DNA of 63,116 bases, filler included, from Stramenopiles sp. TOSAG23-2 (Eukaryota): the NCBI GenBank assembly GCA_900128395.1. It is 8 parts of 8 records of this genome, joined end to end, with 100 filler letters (N's around TTAATTAATTAA, not from the genome) between each part and the next. Parts side by side here need not be neighbours in the genome. Positions count along the whole stretch, not along the records: positions 1 to 11,623 come from LT649914.1; positions 11,724 to 23,331 come from LT649915.1; 6 more parts are not named here. The stretch is one strand, 5' to 3'. The notes below the pieces were generated by a model. That model saw only the letters and a program-made list of their open reading frames with translations. It was not told the DNA's origin and did not search any database. A program made the position numbers and the translations under genes. Of the stretch, positions 1 to 12,091 are shown in pieces (within the stretch, counting starts at the first letter, position 1; the number at the start of each line of letters is the position of its first letter).

Positions 1-519
1 GACACAAAGGGGGTTATCTTATAGAGTACTAATAAAGGTACTTAAATCTACATATACTCTCCTATGTCACCCGGGCAGTTTTGCTCACAGGCCCCATTGG
101 GTAGTCTCCCTGGTTCTCCTTAATAATAATATGATGAAGGTCAACTTAAGTACATATTATTAGTATACTTTTAAATAAATATATAGGGTAAAATAAGACG
201 CAATAGCATTGGTTGGCTTGCGCTCAGAATTCCTAATTCTGGGGCTGTACTTTAACTTGTTTTTTTGCTCTACTAGTGTGGCCACAGTCCCACCAGCAGT
301 GTGTATATTGTATATATTAAATATCAATAATAGTTCGTGATATATATATACAATTCTCTTTGTGTACGTTGACCATTGAAAACTCAAACAGAGTACAGAT
401 AATATCATCATTTGGTATATATTTAAAGCACATTGCACTGATATTTGTTTATTTATTTTTTTTATTTATTCTGTCTATCACCCTCAAAAACATACAATTC
501 CATTAGACAAATCATTATC

Positions 520-2266
520 ATGCCACGAAAAAAAAAACATCAGCAATATATTGTAGGTAAAACAAAACAAAAAACTATACCAACACTTGATTATGGCAAA
601 AATTATTTAAATTTATCTAATTTTTCAAAAGAGTGGGTGAATGTAATACTAGATTTACAAATAAAAGATGATATAAAAGTTGTGTATTTAAATAAGGACG
701 ATCCGAGTGGTGGTGGTAAAAGCGGTCCTAGGTTATTGCAATTGACATTTACTGATGGTGATGCCCAGCGTTTAGGAATTGAAAAAGAATATATTATTAA
801 ACATTGTGACTCTCGGCAATTATGGATGGACGAATTTAAAGGCCGTATTACAAGATGTGTTATGTTAAAATTATTGCCCATGATACTTCCTGATGCTGAT
901 TTTACATCATATGGAATGGCAGAGCGTGAATTTGATTATTTTGAAGATTTCAATAATACAAATGGACGATATGTCCAAAATGGCGAATTGAAATTAAAAC
1001 ATCCAAAAGTTTTAAAGAATTTAAAAGATTGGCAAGGTAAACCAAAATCGTTGTTCAAAACTTTTTTCGGTTTTATACCGTATAGTTCAACTGCATTAAT
1101 TTTAGAAAAAATGGATGTAAGCAAAGGTTGGCATAAAACTTCAAGAGAGCCATTTAATCAAATTCCAAAAGATATTTTGTACAAAATTGCTGAAGTAGTT
1201 GGTCAATTTCATGGAAGTCATTTTAAACGAAAAGAATTGGCTACTTCTATTGATTACCGTTCTCCATGGTATAATTTTATTGGTGCTAATTTATCATTTC
1301 TTGATGCAGAGTATAAAAAGCATGCAAAAGATTCCAAATTTGGGAATTGTATGTTGACAAATAATTTTGTGAAATTTCGAGATGAAGGCAGGCTTTTTCT
1401 ATATAAGATTCCAGAAAAGGAACATCCTCGGCCAAAATGGTTTTATGAAAAAGAATGCTTAACAGCTGTATATTCAGATTTGTATGTTGAATTTTCAAAA
1501 GTATTAGAAATTGGTTTTTCCAAGATACTTCAAAAAGATATGAAACGAATCAGGAAAAACAAAGAAACCTTTCTTCATGGTATGTTAAATTATAGTATGA
1601 CGTAGTATAGATAAAGAAACTCTCCTCTAACACATGTCATTATTTCATACTTTACGTTTTCTAGGTGATTGTCATGGAGCTAATATATTTCATAAACGTA
1701 ACGATGATGATTCTTCAATTGATGTATCATTTGTTGATTTTCAAAATACTGGACCTGGACCAAGTGCACAAGAAGCATATTATATGTTAATGATAAGCAG
1801 CTCTTTAACCGGTAAATATGAAGATGAAGTAGCATATTTTAAATATTTTTATGAGCAAGTTGAAATTGGTTTGGCTAGAAATAGTAATAAGGAGATAGAG
1901 TTATGGACATTTGAAGAATTTTTCGATGATGCAACACTCTGTATGTTGATTCAAATGCGATATTTTTCACTTTTAGTAACAGTATCTAAAGCACCTGGGG
2001 AAAAAGTACCACAACTTATAACATTGGCCGATGAACCGTTAAGTAATAGGGTTGATAAAAAATTGCAATTACAAAGAAGGCAAAATGCTCTGAAGGATAT
2101 GGAAGAGTGGTCAAAAACAATGAATTCTTGGTACACTCGATTTGTTGAATATATGTCAAAATCGAATTCAAAATATATTATAAATTTGTTCGATCATTAT
2201 GTTGAATGTGGTGGTAAATCAAGAGAAGATATTTTAGCGGAGTATGGTAGTACGCGTAATGCATAG
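520..2266 (+). CDS. Choline/ecdysteroid-kinase-like (EcKL/APH-fold) phosphotransferase; exons 520-1579 and 1665-2266
   Basis: Removing intron 1580-1664 (GTATGT...CTAAC...CTAG) joins ORFs 445..1605 and 1634..2266. This rebuilds the catalytic motif FLHGDCHGAN, followed by VDFQ. First ATG is at 520. Confidence 0.8.
1580..1664 (+). other. Spliceosomal intron (85 nt, phase 1)
   Basis: GTATGT donor, CTAAC at 1627-1631, pyrimidine tract, TAG acceptor. Splicing restores the HGD motif. Confidence 0.85.
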
Positions 2267-2627
2267 CAGCAACAGTAAATTGTTGGTGATTAAACCGAGG
2301 GGCAAGTGCGTAGTATGGTCAAATTTATGCCCGAAACCCGAGACCACCATTAATATTTTTTGCATTTGACCCATCATGTGATTATAAAATACTCTCTGGT
2401 TTCATATAAAAATATTCGTATCATATATGTCATAATTATTTATATTTTTAGAAATCAAATATTACATATATATTTATTTAAAATATAATATTTTTTTTAA
2501 TTAATATTTTTTGATTTTATTTTATATATATAAAAAATTCTCTTATTTATATACATATGAGTGTGTTTTTCTCTTTACTCAATATGTTTATATATATAAA
2601 TTTTAAAAACGAAAGTCCATTCCGTAA

Positions 2628-5600
2628 TCACCTCCTCCTTCTCCTTCCTCTCTTCTTCTTGCCACCTTTTTTACCCCTTTTATTCGCTTTTCTTACATTT
2701 TTTGCATCTATTACTTTCCATTGGAAGACGCAACGATCACCACCACCAGTACTGATTACATTCGAATCGTCATGTAAAAATCGAACGTTGGTGACATGAC
2801 TACTATGGCCTTTGCTTACTCGGCCAACAGCATTTCCGTTACTACAAGGATATCTAAACAATGACACTTTTCCAGAATCATCCCCAGTGACTAATAACGG
2901 CTTATCTCTTGAATGGCTTCTATCGACTGCATTGATATCAGTACCATCCTGGCCAGCTTGCCATATACCTTGGACAGGCCATCCTAAAACGCACGTCCAT
3001 GTACCCCATTTAACATCGCGCAAAGCAGATGCTTTGCCATTCCGTTTACCAGTAGTTGTATCCCAAAACAACAATTCATATGCACCACAATTACTTTGTA
3101 ACCATTTACACTCATTTGTCTTCTCATCATAACTAAAATCAATATGCGTGATGTATGAACTATGGCCTTTTAAAACAGCATATTGATTGTATGTTTTTCT
3201 ATTAAATAAATAAATGCGGTTATCATGACTACTAACTCCTAATATTTTTCCATTTTTACTGTATTTTAAATCTTCAATCCATTCCTTCGTAACACTTATT
3301 TTCTTAAGTGGTTTTGATAAATTGTTTGAATCATATATGATTACATTGCCACTTGTAGTTCCAACAGCAATCTGGCTGCCACTTTCAGGGGCATACGTAA
3401 CCGCACGTGCTTTGCACTCTAATTTTGCAACACAAAGTAATCGGCAATGAACCGAGTCCCAACGTCTAATCGTGGAATCGTCTCCAACAGTTACAAATTC
3501 ACATTGGTCTGGATGGCATTCTAGACCCCAGGTTTCACCTGCAAAATGGCCATGTACTACACGTGTTACACTTGCACTTCCATCTTCGCAACCATCGAAT
3601 GGAATGTGAAATATTTCTGCAGACTTGACGCCGACTAAAATGTGACTATGTCTTGCATCTAAACTATGAATAGCGCAATCCATTGGGCCTTTAGGCACTA
3701 CACCTTTAATTGAATCTAAGGAATTCATATCAAACTTCAATGTTGGCGTTAATGTACGGTCCCATAGAAAGATTTTGCCATCTTTCCCACCACTTAAAAC
3801 ACCATTGCCCATGGTTACATTTAATGTCACAAGTGCGAGGATCGGGCCTTTGTGCACTCCTTTTCGTAAATCTTGACAATTGCGCCCTTGCCATAGATAC
3901 AATGATCCATCTTTTTGCCCAGTGACTGTATTCGCCCCCAACGCAGCAACTGCCAACACTGTTTGGATTTTACCTTTCGGTTTAAACAATCCATTTTTGC
4001 CACTAATTTTACGCTCCGACATTGTCCAAAATTTTACATGCTTGACACCAGCAGTCACAATATCCATCTCCGTTTTAAAGCAAATTGCTTGTACCTTGTT
4101 TTGATGCCCTTTCGAATTGGCGACCATGCTACCTGAATCCCCATCGTAGATGGCAATGCTATGGTCGCCGTCACGCCCAACAGTGGCTAACATTGCACCA
4201 GTTGGACTCCAAGCCAACAACTCAATGCCAAAACGATGGAATCCAACAATTTCAAGCAAAACATTCGTGCTATGTACATCCCATACGAATATCTTTGGTC
4301 TGCGCCCAATTTCACCAGTAGCAACACGATTGCCGGCAGGGTGCATTGCCATACACAAAATATCGTCTGTATGGGCTAAATTAAAGTGTTGCTGTTGCTC
4401 ACCTTTTTTTCTTGATCCTTTCTTTCCAAAATTATTTACAACGCCTGCAGCGGCTGCAAAATAAACTATTTCACCTGGGGAGCTCGAATAGAAGGCAGCG
4501 TCCCGTCTATGCGCACTGAATCCATAAATGTTCTCCAACACTAACTCTTTCCCAGGTTCGTCTGCATCCTCCGGTCCTTCTTGCCATTTGCTTGGGGCTA
4601 CAATGGCGCCTAACCACGGTTTCACTGCCATAAACTCATCACCTCCACCGATCTCTGCGAATGGGTCGATTTCATCATCGTCATCCTCAGAATCTTCGGT
4701 TTCACTGCCAGAAGAATCGCCATTGCGTTGCTGCGACTGTTCTAGTTTTAACTGTTCTTGATGATCATAATCAGTCTTCCATAAAAAGATACAATTATCT
4801 GAGCCACCAGTTGATACGACATATTCATCCTTATCACTGAAAAATATATTTGTCACGTGCGATGCGTGCCCACGATAATTTTTGGATTGAGCTTTATTTG
4901 ATACACATGGCCATCGAAATAACTTAACACGGCCAAAATCATCGGCAGTGGCGCATAATTTTTTGTTTCTACTGCGTGCAACCGCATTTATATCGGTTCC
5001 ATCCGCGCATGGCGGCCAAATACCTTGAACGTTCCATCCCAAAGGCATCGTAAATGTATTCCAAGTTATATCTTTCAATGTGGAAACTCGTGTTACGTGT
5101 TTTGCGTGGAAATATGGTGTTCCTCGTCCTTTTTTTTTAACCAAATTACTCGGATGTAAATCCCAGAAAAGAAGCTCATACCCACCGCAAGTTGACATTA
5201 AGTACCGGCTATCGAAAGACTCGTACCACTGGGTAATTTCCCGTTTGTCATCGGTACCCTTGTTTTCCCTCTCAAACTTTACTAAATCTTCATCATAACA
5301 ATGCATTCCGCCGTAAACTCTGGTTCTTTCAGCTTCGTTTGACTTATTTGTGTCGTATTTGTGATCGCCCACATCTTTCTTCCAAATTGGATCCTGTCTT
5401 TTATATTCCTCTTCTTTACCCGAACTAAAGTCTAAATGCGTAATGTAACTACTATGTTTGGCACATACACAGTAAAGTTCATAACGGCCTTCTGCTCCTC
5501 CTTTAGTGTTATCGTTGTCTGTCTCGGTTTCCCATTCCTTCTTCCCTTTTCTTCTATATACGTAAATTTTATTATCGTGGGATCCAACAGCGAGGAAATT

Positions 5601-8600
5601 TCCTTTTTGTGAATATTTCATATCTTGGATCCATTCTTTTGGGAAATGTTTGCCTTTTTTGTAACGATCTTTAGGCTCTACTATTACATCCTTTTCCATA
5701 CTCACTCCGGTTTGAATTTTCGTTGCATCTATCCGTTCAACAAAGCGACGTAGACCGTCATTCCAAATTTCAACTGTTCCATCATCTATGCCAAATGCAA
5801 CATGCCCCTCTTGCATTTCTACTCGCGCAACTTTAGAGCTTCCTTTAGAATCATTGCCCATTCTTGGAGGAGAGAATGCACAAGCACGTGCTTTTCCTTT
5901 CGTCGCCAACGACTGTTTCGTATCTAAATTGAACGTCATCCACATCTTTGGCTTGATTTTTGACAAATTAATATGACTGTTTAATGTCACCTGAACACAT
6001 TTCGATGGTGTTTTATCATTGGTTTCTCCTCCTTGTTTTGTTTCGTCCTCCGTTTTTGCGTTATCATCCCCCTCTGGCAATTTAATCGGTACTGGTGGGT
6101 CTACTATTTTAATAGATTTTACATATGTATTTTCTGGTACACCTTTTCCACATATTTTTAGAGTGTTTAAACTGATGCACTCGCCATCACTTTTTGTAAG
6201 ATTAAATGCTTTAGCAAATGCTTCATCTGTTTCCATTTCCTCCCATTGTTTACTTTGTTCAGCAGTGCCTCTCCTATACTCGAATCCAGTGCAAACTGTG
6301 GAAAAATAAATGACTGTATCAACAGCATCCTTCGCTTCTACATTTACTTGTGTGTTTCCTTCTGTCTTTTCCTCTTCTTTCTTCTCAGTATTCTCACCAC
6401 CATCACCTGTTTCCGTTGCTGTTACTTTTTCAATTTTTGGTGAACCGTTTTGTACTTGCAATACTTTACCACACGCAGGTAATGGCACTGTTTGGCTTCC
6501 TTCTATGCCAAGCTTTACTGCCCTAATGCATGTTCTGTCTTTCAGATCCCATAAACGAGCGGTCCCATCGTCGCCGCAAGTCATGAACCGTGGTTTCTTT
6601 TGATGCATTGATAATCCCCATAGTTCTCCGACGTAATGACCTTGGCATACTACCGTGACAGGTAAAGGAGATGATTTGGATGTATGATACTTGTCTTTCT
6701 CATCCTTTGCGTTATCTTTCTGAAATATAGAGTCGCTCTTTTTCCCTTTACCTGCATCAATCAAATCACCGCTCGCTTGATACTTTTTGAATGCATTTTT
6801 GAGTCGCTTAGAATAATAATCTAAATCTTGCCACATTTCAAATCCAGCCAACTCTTCCGACAGTCCTAATAATTGATCATAAGTGTTTCCTTTTTTTTGG
6901 TTTAATGCCTCGTTAACTTTCTTCTCAATTGACTTATTTATGTTTTCACAAATTTCTTTTTTCAATGCCTCGGTCGTTTTTTGCCCTTTCACACGTGGTG
7001 GCTGGCAATCTGCTTCGTAAACGGAACTGCATTTTGTACCGATCAATAATTTTCCATCTTTGTAACAGAGACTACGAAGTTCGGATTTAATAGGACCATC
7101 TACGTGTGGTCCTTTTGGTCGTGCAGAGTCAAAAGAGTTAAACATCCATGCATGGCTGCTAGGGCCTACTTCTAAATCTATTGTAAATAGGCACACAAGG
7201 GGCCTTTTGTATAGAATTGACCTATATTTACATTGGAACATTTCTATACGCTTCGAATTGGGCTGGCCTAGCATCTTAGACTTACTTGCATTATATTCTT
7301 TTTTTGCTTTCTTGTAAGCTTTTGCTTCCTTTGCAGCTTGTTCTAGATCGTAACAACGGTTAGCTTCCCAAATTTTAATTTTGCCTTGTTTGTCTCCTGT
7401 AAAAAATGCATCGTTATGCGAGTACATAGCTGTTACTGCAGATTTTGCATTTGCTTTGACATGTGCTCTTTCAACTGTCTCTAATTTATAATTGTTCCAT
7501 ATGTACAATGCACCATCCATCATACCAGTGACATATCGGCTTTCAAGTTTGGCATCGCCAGGTTTACTTAACTTAAATGATCCAATACAAAGCGCCGTTT
7601 GTATTAAATTCTTTTTTCCGTTTGACCTCTTCTTACGCATTTTTTTCGTGGTACCACCTCTGCTTCCATACTCAACTTGATCTAATTCATCTGATATAAC
7701 TGTTGGTATAGTACCATAGATGCCTTTTTGACACTTCAACGTGCTGCCTTTGATGGTCCAAAATTTGACATGGTTAACACCACATGTAATGACAGTTTGA
7801 TCATCTATTCCAAATTCGACACACAAAACCTTGTTTTTAGCTGATTTACACGATGCAATTAAATGGTTCTCTTGCCATGCATATATAGCTATACTAAAAT
7901 CATTGTCTAAACCAACCGATACCAGCTTGTCACCTTTACCACCGCTAAATGCAAGTAGCGGTACACCACGCTTATGAAAACCTTGTATGATAGTGACTGC
8001 CAATAAACTTTCATTGTCCCAGCAAATGATTTTGGGTGTTCGGCCAATTTCACCAGTCGCGACAACCTTCCCTTGTGGGTGTACAGCTAGACTGATGACA
8101 TCGTCTGTATGTAAATTGAAAAATCGCTGTTCACGTTTATTCGATACAATACCTAACGCGGCAGCAGGATAAACCATATCCCCCTTTGCAGTGTAACGCA
8201 AATTGTTTCTACAATCAAACGCCCTGTATCCATGGACCCATGCTAGTTCCATATCACAATCAGGGGCACTTGTTGATACCTTCTTTTTGTCAAATGACTT
8301 TGGTTTCATCACACTGATTGTTCCCAGCCACGGTTTAACAGCCATAAATTCATCTCCTCCGCCTTGTTGGAACAATTCTGCTAAATCTTCATGTCCACCA
8401 TCTTCATTTGCTGCTTCTTGCAACTCGGTGCGTGTTAAATCGTGGCCAAGCTCGTTTTCAAGATCACTATGCATATCTTCATCAGCACTTGCAATTTCAA
8501 TTTCTTCTTGCTCCTCATATTCGCACCTCCATTGAAATACGCACCTATCCATCCCACCTGTACTTATAACATGCCTATCGCCAAATGCAAATCGCACGTT

Positions 8601-11324
8601 GGTTACATGTGCCGCATGTCCTTCGTACGTTTTATAGGCGATTTCTGGATCAACCGCTGGGTAGCGAAACAATTTGACCCGGCTAAAATCGTCTGACGTA
8701 ACCAATAAATCCCCGGAAGTTGATCGGCATACAGAATTGATATCCGTGCCATCCGCGCCTGCTGGCCAAATGGCTTGAACAGGCCAACCAAGTGTGCATG
8801 TCCACGTGGCCCATTGCACATCTCGCATTTTAGTCGAGCTAGTAATTTGATTACCACCAACATCCCAGTAAAGTAATTCGTATGCGCCGCAATTACTTTG
8901 TAAATATTTGGAATCAATACTGAAATCCAAATGGGTAATATAGCTACTATGACCTTTACAAATTGCTCGTTTACTATACGTGTCTTTAATAGTATTGTAC
9001 AAGTATATCCTATTGTCATGGGAGCCAAATGCTAGTAATTTGCCATTTGGGGAATATTTAATTGTCCCACCCCACTTTTTCGCATCACCTTTAATAACTT
9101 TAAAGGCTTTCCATGCCGCGCGATCCCCAGCTGGAAGATTTGCTACGGAATGAGTCGTGTGGGCATTAGGGTCCGTATCCCCATCCAAAATTACAATCCA
9201 TCCGCCAGGTTTTTTAGGATCGTTCCCTGCATCTAATGCAACTGCTAGACGTTTCCCATCTGGGGAGAATGCACATGCTTTTGCCTTGTTTTTAAATGCG
9301 CGTACACCCCTTTGTCGTCGGTATTCGATATCCCATAGTCGTACGGTCCCATCATCACCACATGTAGCAAACCGATTTTTATGAGGATGTACTGCTAAGC
9401 CACAAACTTCGCCTTTAAAATGACTGCGCATCAGACGGTAGACGTATGTATCCTCTCCGCTGCCTTTCTCCTCGTTAGGCAGTTCGATGCATATAATTTC
9501 GCCAGCTCGTGTGCCGACTAAAATTGTATTTTCGCTTTTCGATGCACTGGTACCCATGCAAACGCTGTTGATGCGTGCATTCAAACTACCCATCTCCGTT
9601 CCGCCGATGGATTGTGGCTGACCAACGCATTGCATATTGGTATTCCAAACTTTTACAGTGGCATCTTGTCCACCAGTTAATATACCATCTTTCCACCAAT
9701 ACATTGCTGTTACAGCATTTCGTCCACCACCACCATGTGCTCGGGATATAACGTGTTTCACTTTATGCCCTTCGAATTGGTACAAGGATCCATCAGCACA
9801 TCCAACAACTAGATCATTGCCACAGAAACCCATACATGGATATGGTTGTATCTTTCCCTTCTTCCCGATAATACCACGTTTACAAGTCAATGCTTTGCCA
9901 TTTTTCGTGAAGAATTTAATGAATTTCATTCCACAAATGACCAGCGTTTTCCCATTGGGGGTATATTCACATGCTAAAACTTTGTTTTTGTCACCCTTAC
10001 CAGACGCAACTAAAATTTTTCGTCTCCAATCATATATTGCAATGGAATGATCATCATCCAATCCAATGGAGGCTAAACGATCCCCACGTTGATTAAACGT
10101 TAGTAAACTTACACCACGGCGATGGAACCCACTTAATTTAGCTTTCGTGTTAAAATCAGCAGTTTTTCCACCTCTGCTTAACGGATCCCAGACGTGTATT
10201 CCTGGATTTTTCCCGATTTGCCCAGTCGCTACCAAATCTAAATCTGGATGAATTGCCATGGATATAATATCATCAGTGTGTCCATGATAAAAACGTTGCG
10301 TATGTGTTTTACGATCATAGACAACACCTAATGCAGCAGCAAAATATACGATGTTTCCATCCTGGGTATAACGTAAATTATTTCGAGCTTGCTGTGCGGA
10401 AAATCCATGAACCCATTCCAACACTAAACTTGCATCTGGGACATCAACCGAAGTTCGAGGCAAATCCGTTGGTTCTTTAATTGTCCCAAGCCATGGTTTC
10501 ACTGCCATAAATTCATCTCCACCTGAGCCTTCGCCAGCCAACATTTTAATCAATTGCGTGTTGGCAACTTCTAATGCCTCCGACGCTTCCGTAGCTTGAA
10601 GCGCTCTTTCATGTACACCCAAATGTTCTTCATCTAGATCAGAATCATCCTCTGATGTTGCTTCCGGTGCACTCTCGTCGTCTGATTCTTCCCGTGTTGC
10701 ATTGACAAGAGCGCGGCTACTCATTTTTTCCAGTGCATTTAATACTTCTCTGGTTCCATTAGCCCACTCGGTAAACTGTGGGAAAGATAAAGCAGGTGTT
10801 TCATCTGGATCTAAACTGGAACTTTCTTTTGCAGAGTTCAATGCCAATTCCGCTAAACCTTCGAATTCTTCATCTTCTGGTACTTCACGTTCCCCCATAA
10901 ATTTCAACAATCCAACAACGCAAGATCTCATCATTAATACTAACTCTTCAAAACATAACGAACCATTAACGTTAAAATCAACAAGTTCAAAACAAAACCT
11001 ACTTTTGTCATCAAAACTACCTTTGCAACATTGTGCAACGGCAGCGATAAATTCCAGCGCATCGATACGACCATTACTATCTTCATCTAGCACAGCAAAT
11101 ACCTCCTCAAAACGTTGCACATCGGTTTTAAACGCTAGTAACGCTTCAAACTGCGATTTGACCAAACCATATCCAGTTGGATTTTTCAAAAAACGATGGT
11201 GTAACGTACGTACATCTTTAATAGTCCATGACGCAAATTGTCTGCAATAGGTTACTAATGGTCCCGTATTTTTATCTGCAGAGGATATTTTTTCATTCAA
11301 TATTCTCGAAGTTGATTTTCCCAT
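2628..11324 (-). CDS. EML6: EML5/EML6-like microtubule-associated protein: N-terminal EF-hands plus three HELP/WD40 (TAPE) units, 2898 aa, intronless
   Basis: Three HELP-like segments (LEWVHGF, LAWVHGY, LENIYGF), repeated HSSYITHLDFS and TCxLGWPVQxIW...DGTDIN signatures, and EF-hand loops DEDSNGRID and DFNVNGSLC. Confidence 0.9.
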   Translation of the reverse strand: MGKSTSRILNEKISSADKNTGPLVTYCRQFASWTIKDVRTLHHRFLKNPTGYGLVKSQFEALLAFKTDVQRFEEVFAVLDEDSNGRIDALEFIAAVAQCCKGSFDDKSRFCFELVDFNVNGSLCFEELVLMMRSCVVGLLKFMGEREVPEDEEFEGLAELALNSAKESSSLDPDETPALSFPQFTEWANGTREVLNALEKMSSRALVNATREESDDESAPEATSEDDSDLDEEHLGVHERALQATEASEALEVANTQLIKMLAGEGSGGDEFMAVKPWLGTIKEPTDLPRTSVDVPDASLVLEWVHGFSAQQARNNLRYTQDGNIVYFAAALGVVYDRKTHTQRFYHGHTDDIISMAIHPDLDLVATGQIGKNPGIHVWDPLSRGGKTADFNTKAKLSGFHRRGVSLLTFNQRGDRLASIGLDDDHSIAIYDWRRKILVASGKGDKNKVLACEYTPNGKTLVICGMKFIKFFTKNGKALTCKRGIIGKKGKIQPYPCMGFCGNDLVVGCADGSLYQFEGHKVKHVISRAHGGGGRNAVTAMYWWKDGILTGGQDATVKVWNTNMQCVGQPQSIGGTEMGSLNARINSVCMGTSASKSENTILVGTRAGEIICIELPNEEKGSGEDTYVYRLMRSHFKGEVCGLAVHPHKNRFATCGDDGTVRLWDIEYRRQRGVRAFKNKAKACAFSPDGKRLAVALDAGNDPKKPGGWIVILDGDTDPNAHTTHSVANLPAGDRAAWKAFKVIKGDAKKWGGTIKYSPNGKLLAFGSHDNRIYLYNTIKDTYSKRAICKGHSSYITHLDFSIDSKYLQSNCGAYELLYWDVGGNQITSSTKMRDVQWATWTCTLGWPVQAIWPAGADGTDINSVCRSTSGDLLVTSDDFSRVKLFRYPAVDPEIAYKTYEGHAAHVTNVRFAFGDRHVISTGGMDRCVFQWRCEYEEQEEIEIASADEDMHSDLENELGHDLTRTELQEAANEDGGHEDLAELFQQGGGDEFMAVKPWLGTISVMKPKSFDKKKVSTSAPDCDMELAWVHGYRAFDCRNNLRYTAKGDMVYPAAALGIVSNKREQRFFNLHTDDVISLAVHPQGKVVATGEIGRTPKIICWDNESLLAVTIIQGFHKRGVPLLAFSGGKGDKLVSVGLDNDFSIAIYAWQENHLIASCKSAKNKVLCVEFGIDDQTVITCGVNHVKFWTIKGSTLKCQKGIYGTIPTVISDELDQVEYGSRGGTTKKMRKKRSNGKKNLIQTALCIGSFKLSKPGDAKLESRYVTGMMDGALYIWNNYKLETVERAHVKANAKSAVTAMYSHNDAFFTGDKQGKIKIWEANRCYDLEQAAKEAKAYKKAKKEYNASKSKMLGQPNSKRIEMFQCKYRSILYKRPLVCLFTIDLEVGPSSHAWMFNSFDSARPKGPHVDGPIKSELRSLCYKDGKLLIGTKCSSVYEADCQPPRVKGQKTTEALKKEICENINKSIEKKVNEALNQKKGNTYDQLLGLSEELAGFEMWQDLDYYSKRLKNAFKKYQASGDLIDAGKGKKSDSIFQKDNAKDEKDKYHTSKSSPLPVTVVCQGHYVGELWGLSMHQKKPRFMTCGDDGTARLWDLKDRTCIRAVKLGIEGSQTVPLPACGKVLQVQNGSPKIEKVTATETGDGGENTEKKEEEKTEGNTQVNVEAKDAVDTVIYFSTVCTGFEYRRGTAEQSKQWEEMETDEAFAKAFNLTKSDGECISLNTLKICGKGVPENTYVKSIKIVDPPVPIKLPEGDDNAKTEDETKQGGETNDKTPSKCVQVTLNSHINLSKIKPKMWMTFNLDTKQSLATKGKARACAFSPPRMGNDSKGSSKVARVEMQEGHVAFGIDDGTVEIWNDGLRRFVERIDATKIQTGVSMEKDVIVEPKDRYKKGKHFPKEWIQDMKYSQKGNFLAVGSHDNKIYVYRRKGKKEWETETDNDNTKGGAEGRYELYCVCAKHSSYITHLDFSSGKEEEYKRQDPIWKKDVGDHKYDTNKSNEAERTRVYGGMHCYDEDLVKFERENKGTDDKREITQWYESFDSRYLMSTCGGYELLFWDLHPSNLVKKKGRGTPYFHAKHVTRVSTLKDITWNTFTMPLGWNVQGIWPPCADGTDINAVARSRNKKLCATADDFGRVKLFRWPCVSNKAQSKNYRGHASHVTNIFFSDKDEYVVSTGGSDNCIFLWKTDYDHQEQLKLEQSQQRNGDSSGSETEDSEDDDDEIDPFAEIGGGDEFMAVKPWLGAIVAPSKWQEGPEDADEPGKELVLENIYGFSAHRRDAAFYSSSPGEIVYFAAAAGVVNNFGKKGSRKKGEQQQHFNLAHTDDILCMAMHPAGNRVATGEIGRRPKIFVWDVHSTNVLLEIVGFHRFGIELLAWSPTGAMLATVGRDGDHSIAIYDGDSGSMVANSKGHQNKVQAICFKTEMDIVTAGVKHVKFWTMSERKISGKNGLFKPKGKIQTVLAVAALGANTVTGQKDGSLYLWQGRNCQDLRKGVHKGPILALVTLNVTMGNGVLSGGKDGKIFLWDRTLTPTLKFDMNSLDSIKGVVPKGPMDCAIHSLDARHSHILVGVKSAEIFHIPFDGCEDGSASVTRVVHGHFAGETWGLECHPDQCEFVTVGDDSTIRRWDSVHCRLLCVAKLECKARAVTYAPESGSQIAVGTTSGNVIIYDSNNLSKPLKKISVTKEWIEDLKYSKNGKILGVSSHDNRIYLFNRKTYNQYAVLKGHSSYITHIDFSYDEKTNECKWLQSNCGAYELLFWDTTTGKRNGKASALRDVKWGTWTCVLGWPVQGIWQAGQDGTDINAVDRSHSRDKPLLVTGDDSGKVSLFRYPCSNGNAVGRVSKGHSSHVTNVRFLHDDSNVISTGGGDRCVFQWKVIDAKNVRKANKRGKKGGKKKRGRRRRR

Positions 11325-11623
11325 GTTTCTCGATCTCTGCTCTCTATTTGTATATACCTATATATATATATTTATATATATATACATATACTTTTCAATT
11401 TCGATTGATATATAATGGTTGTTTTGTGTTTGTTACCCTGTCATCTCTCTTTTTATCAAATAAATATGTATAATAAATATATATCAAAACGATATATTTT
11501 TGATTCTTCTTAATGCTGTGTAGTGCTATTGGTTGAGTGCACGGTTTTGATTTTTTTACCTGATTTTTTAGATCTAACATATTTGAAAATATAAATAAGA
11601 ACACGAATTTGGTAAGTGTAGAT

Positions 11624-11723
11624 NNNNNNNNNNNNNNNNNNNNNNNNNNNNNNNNNNNNNNNNNNNNTTAATTAATTAANNNNNNNNNNNNNNNNNNNNN
11701 NNNNNNNNNNNNNNNNNNNNNNN
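11624..11723. other. Artificial contig linker
   Basis: 44 N + TTAATTAATTAA (stops in all six frames) + 44 N; identical at seven sites. Confidence 0.97.
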
Positions 11724-12091
11724 AGGGCGTGTACCACCCACCTTGATATGTGCCTACTATTTATTTTAAAATTAGCATCGACACAAGGGCGTGTACCACT
11801 TAATGATATGTAGATATTATTTAAGTGATGGTGTGTCTATGGTAACAGAAACAAGTGGTACACGGACTGGTACACTAGACTCTGAGTACGAGAATATTGG
11901 GATTATACCTATCTTTTTCGTCCTGCACTGGTTATTGGGTCCCTGGTCTATCCTCCCCAAAGCAAAAGGTGCCAAAGTTGCCAAACTGGCAAACTTCCAA
12001 ACTCCAATCGAACAACACTCTTATATTCCAACAATATCACACAAGAACAACGACCCCTTCCAACAACAACCTACACAACAATTTCATTATA

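Noticed and set aside
1-330. Slightly GC-richer contig start as a possible transposon end or RNA gene
   Set aside because: No terminal repeat partner, transposase, tRNA cloverleaf or recognisable RNA motif was found.
2812-11250. Many short + strand ORFs inside the EML gene, and similar antisense ORFs inside other long genes
   Set aside because: Antisense shadows of real coding sequence with no recognisable motifs.
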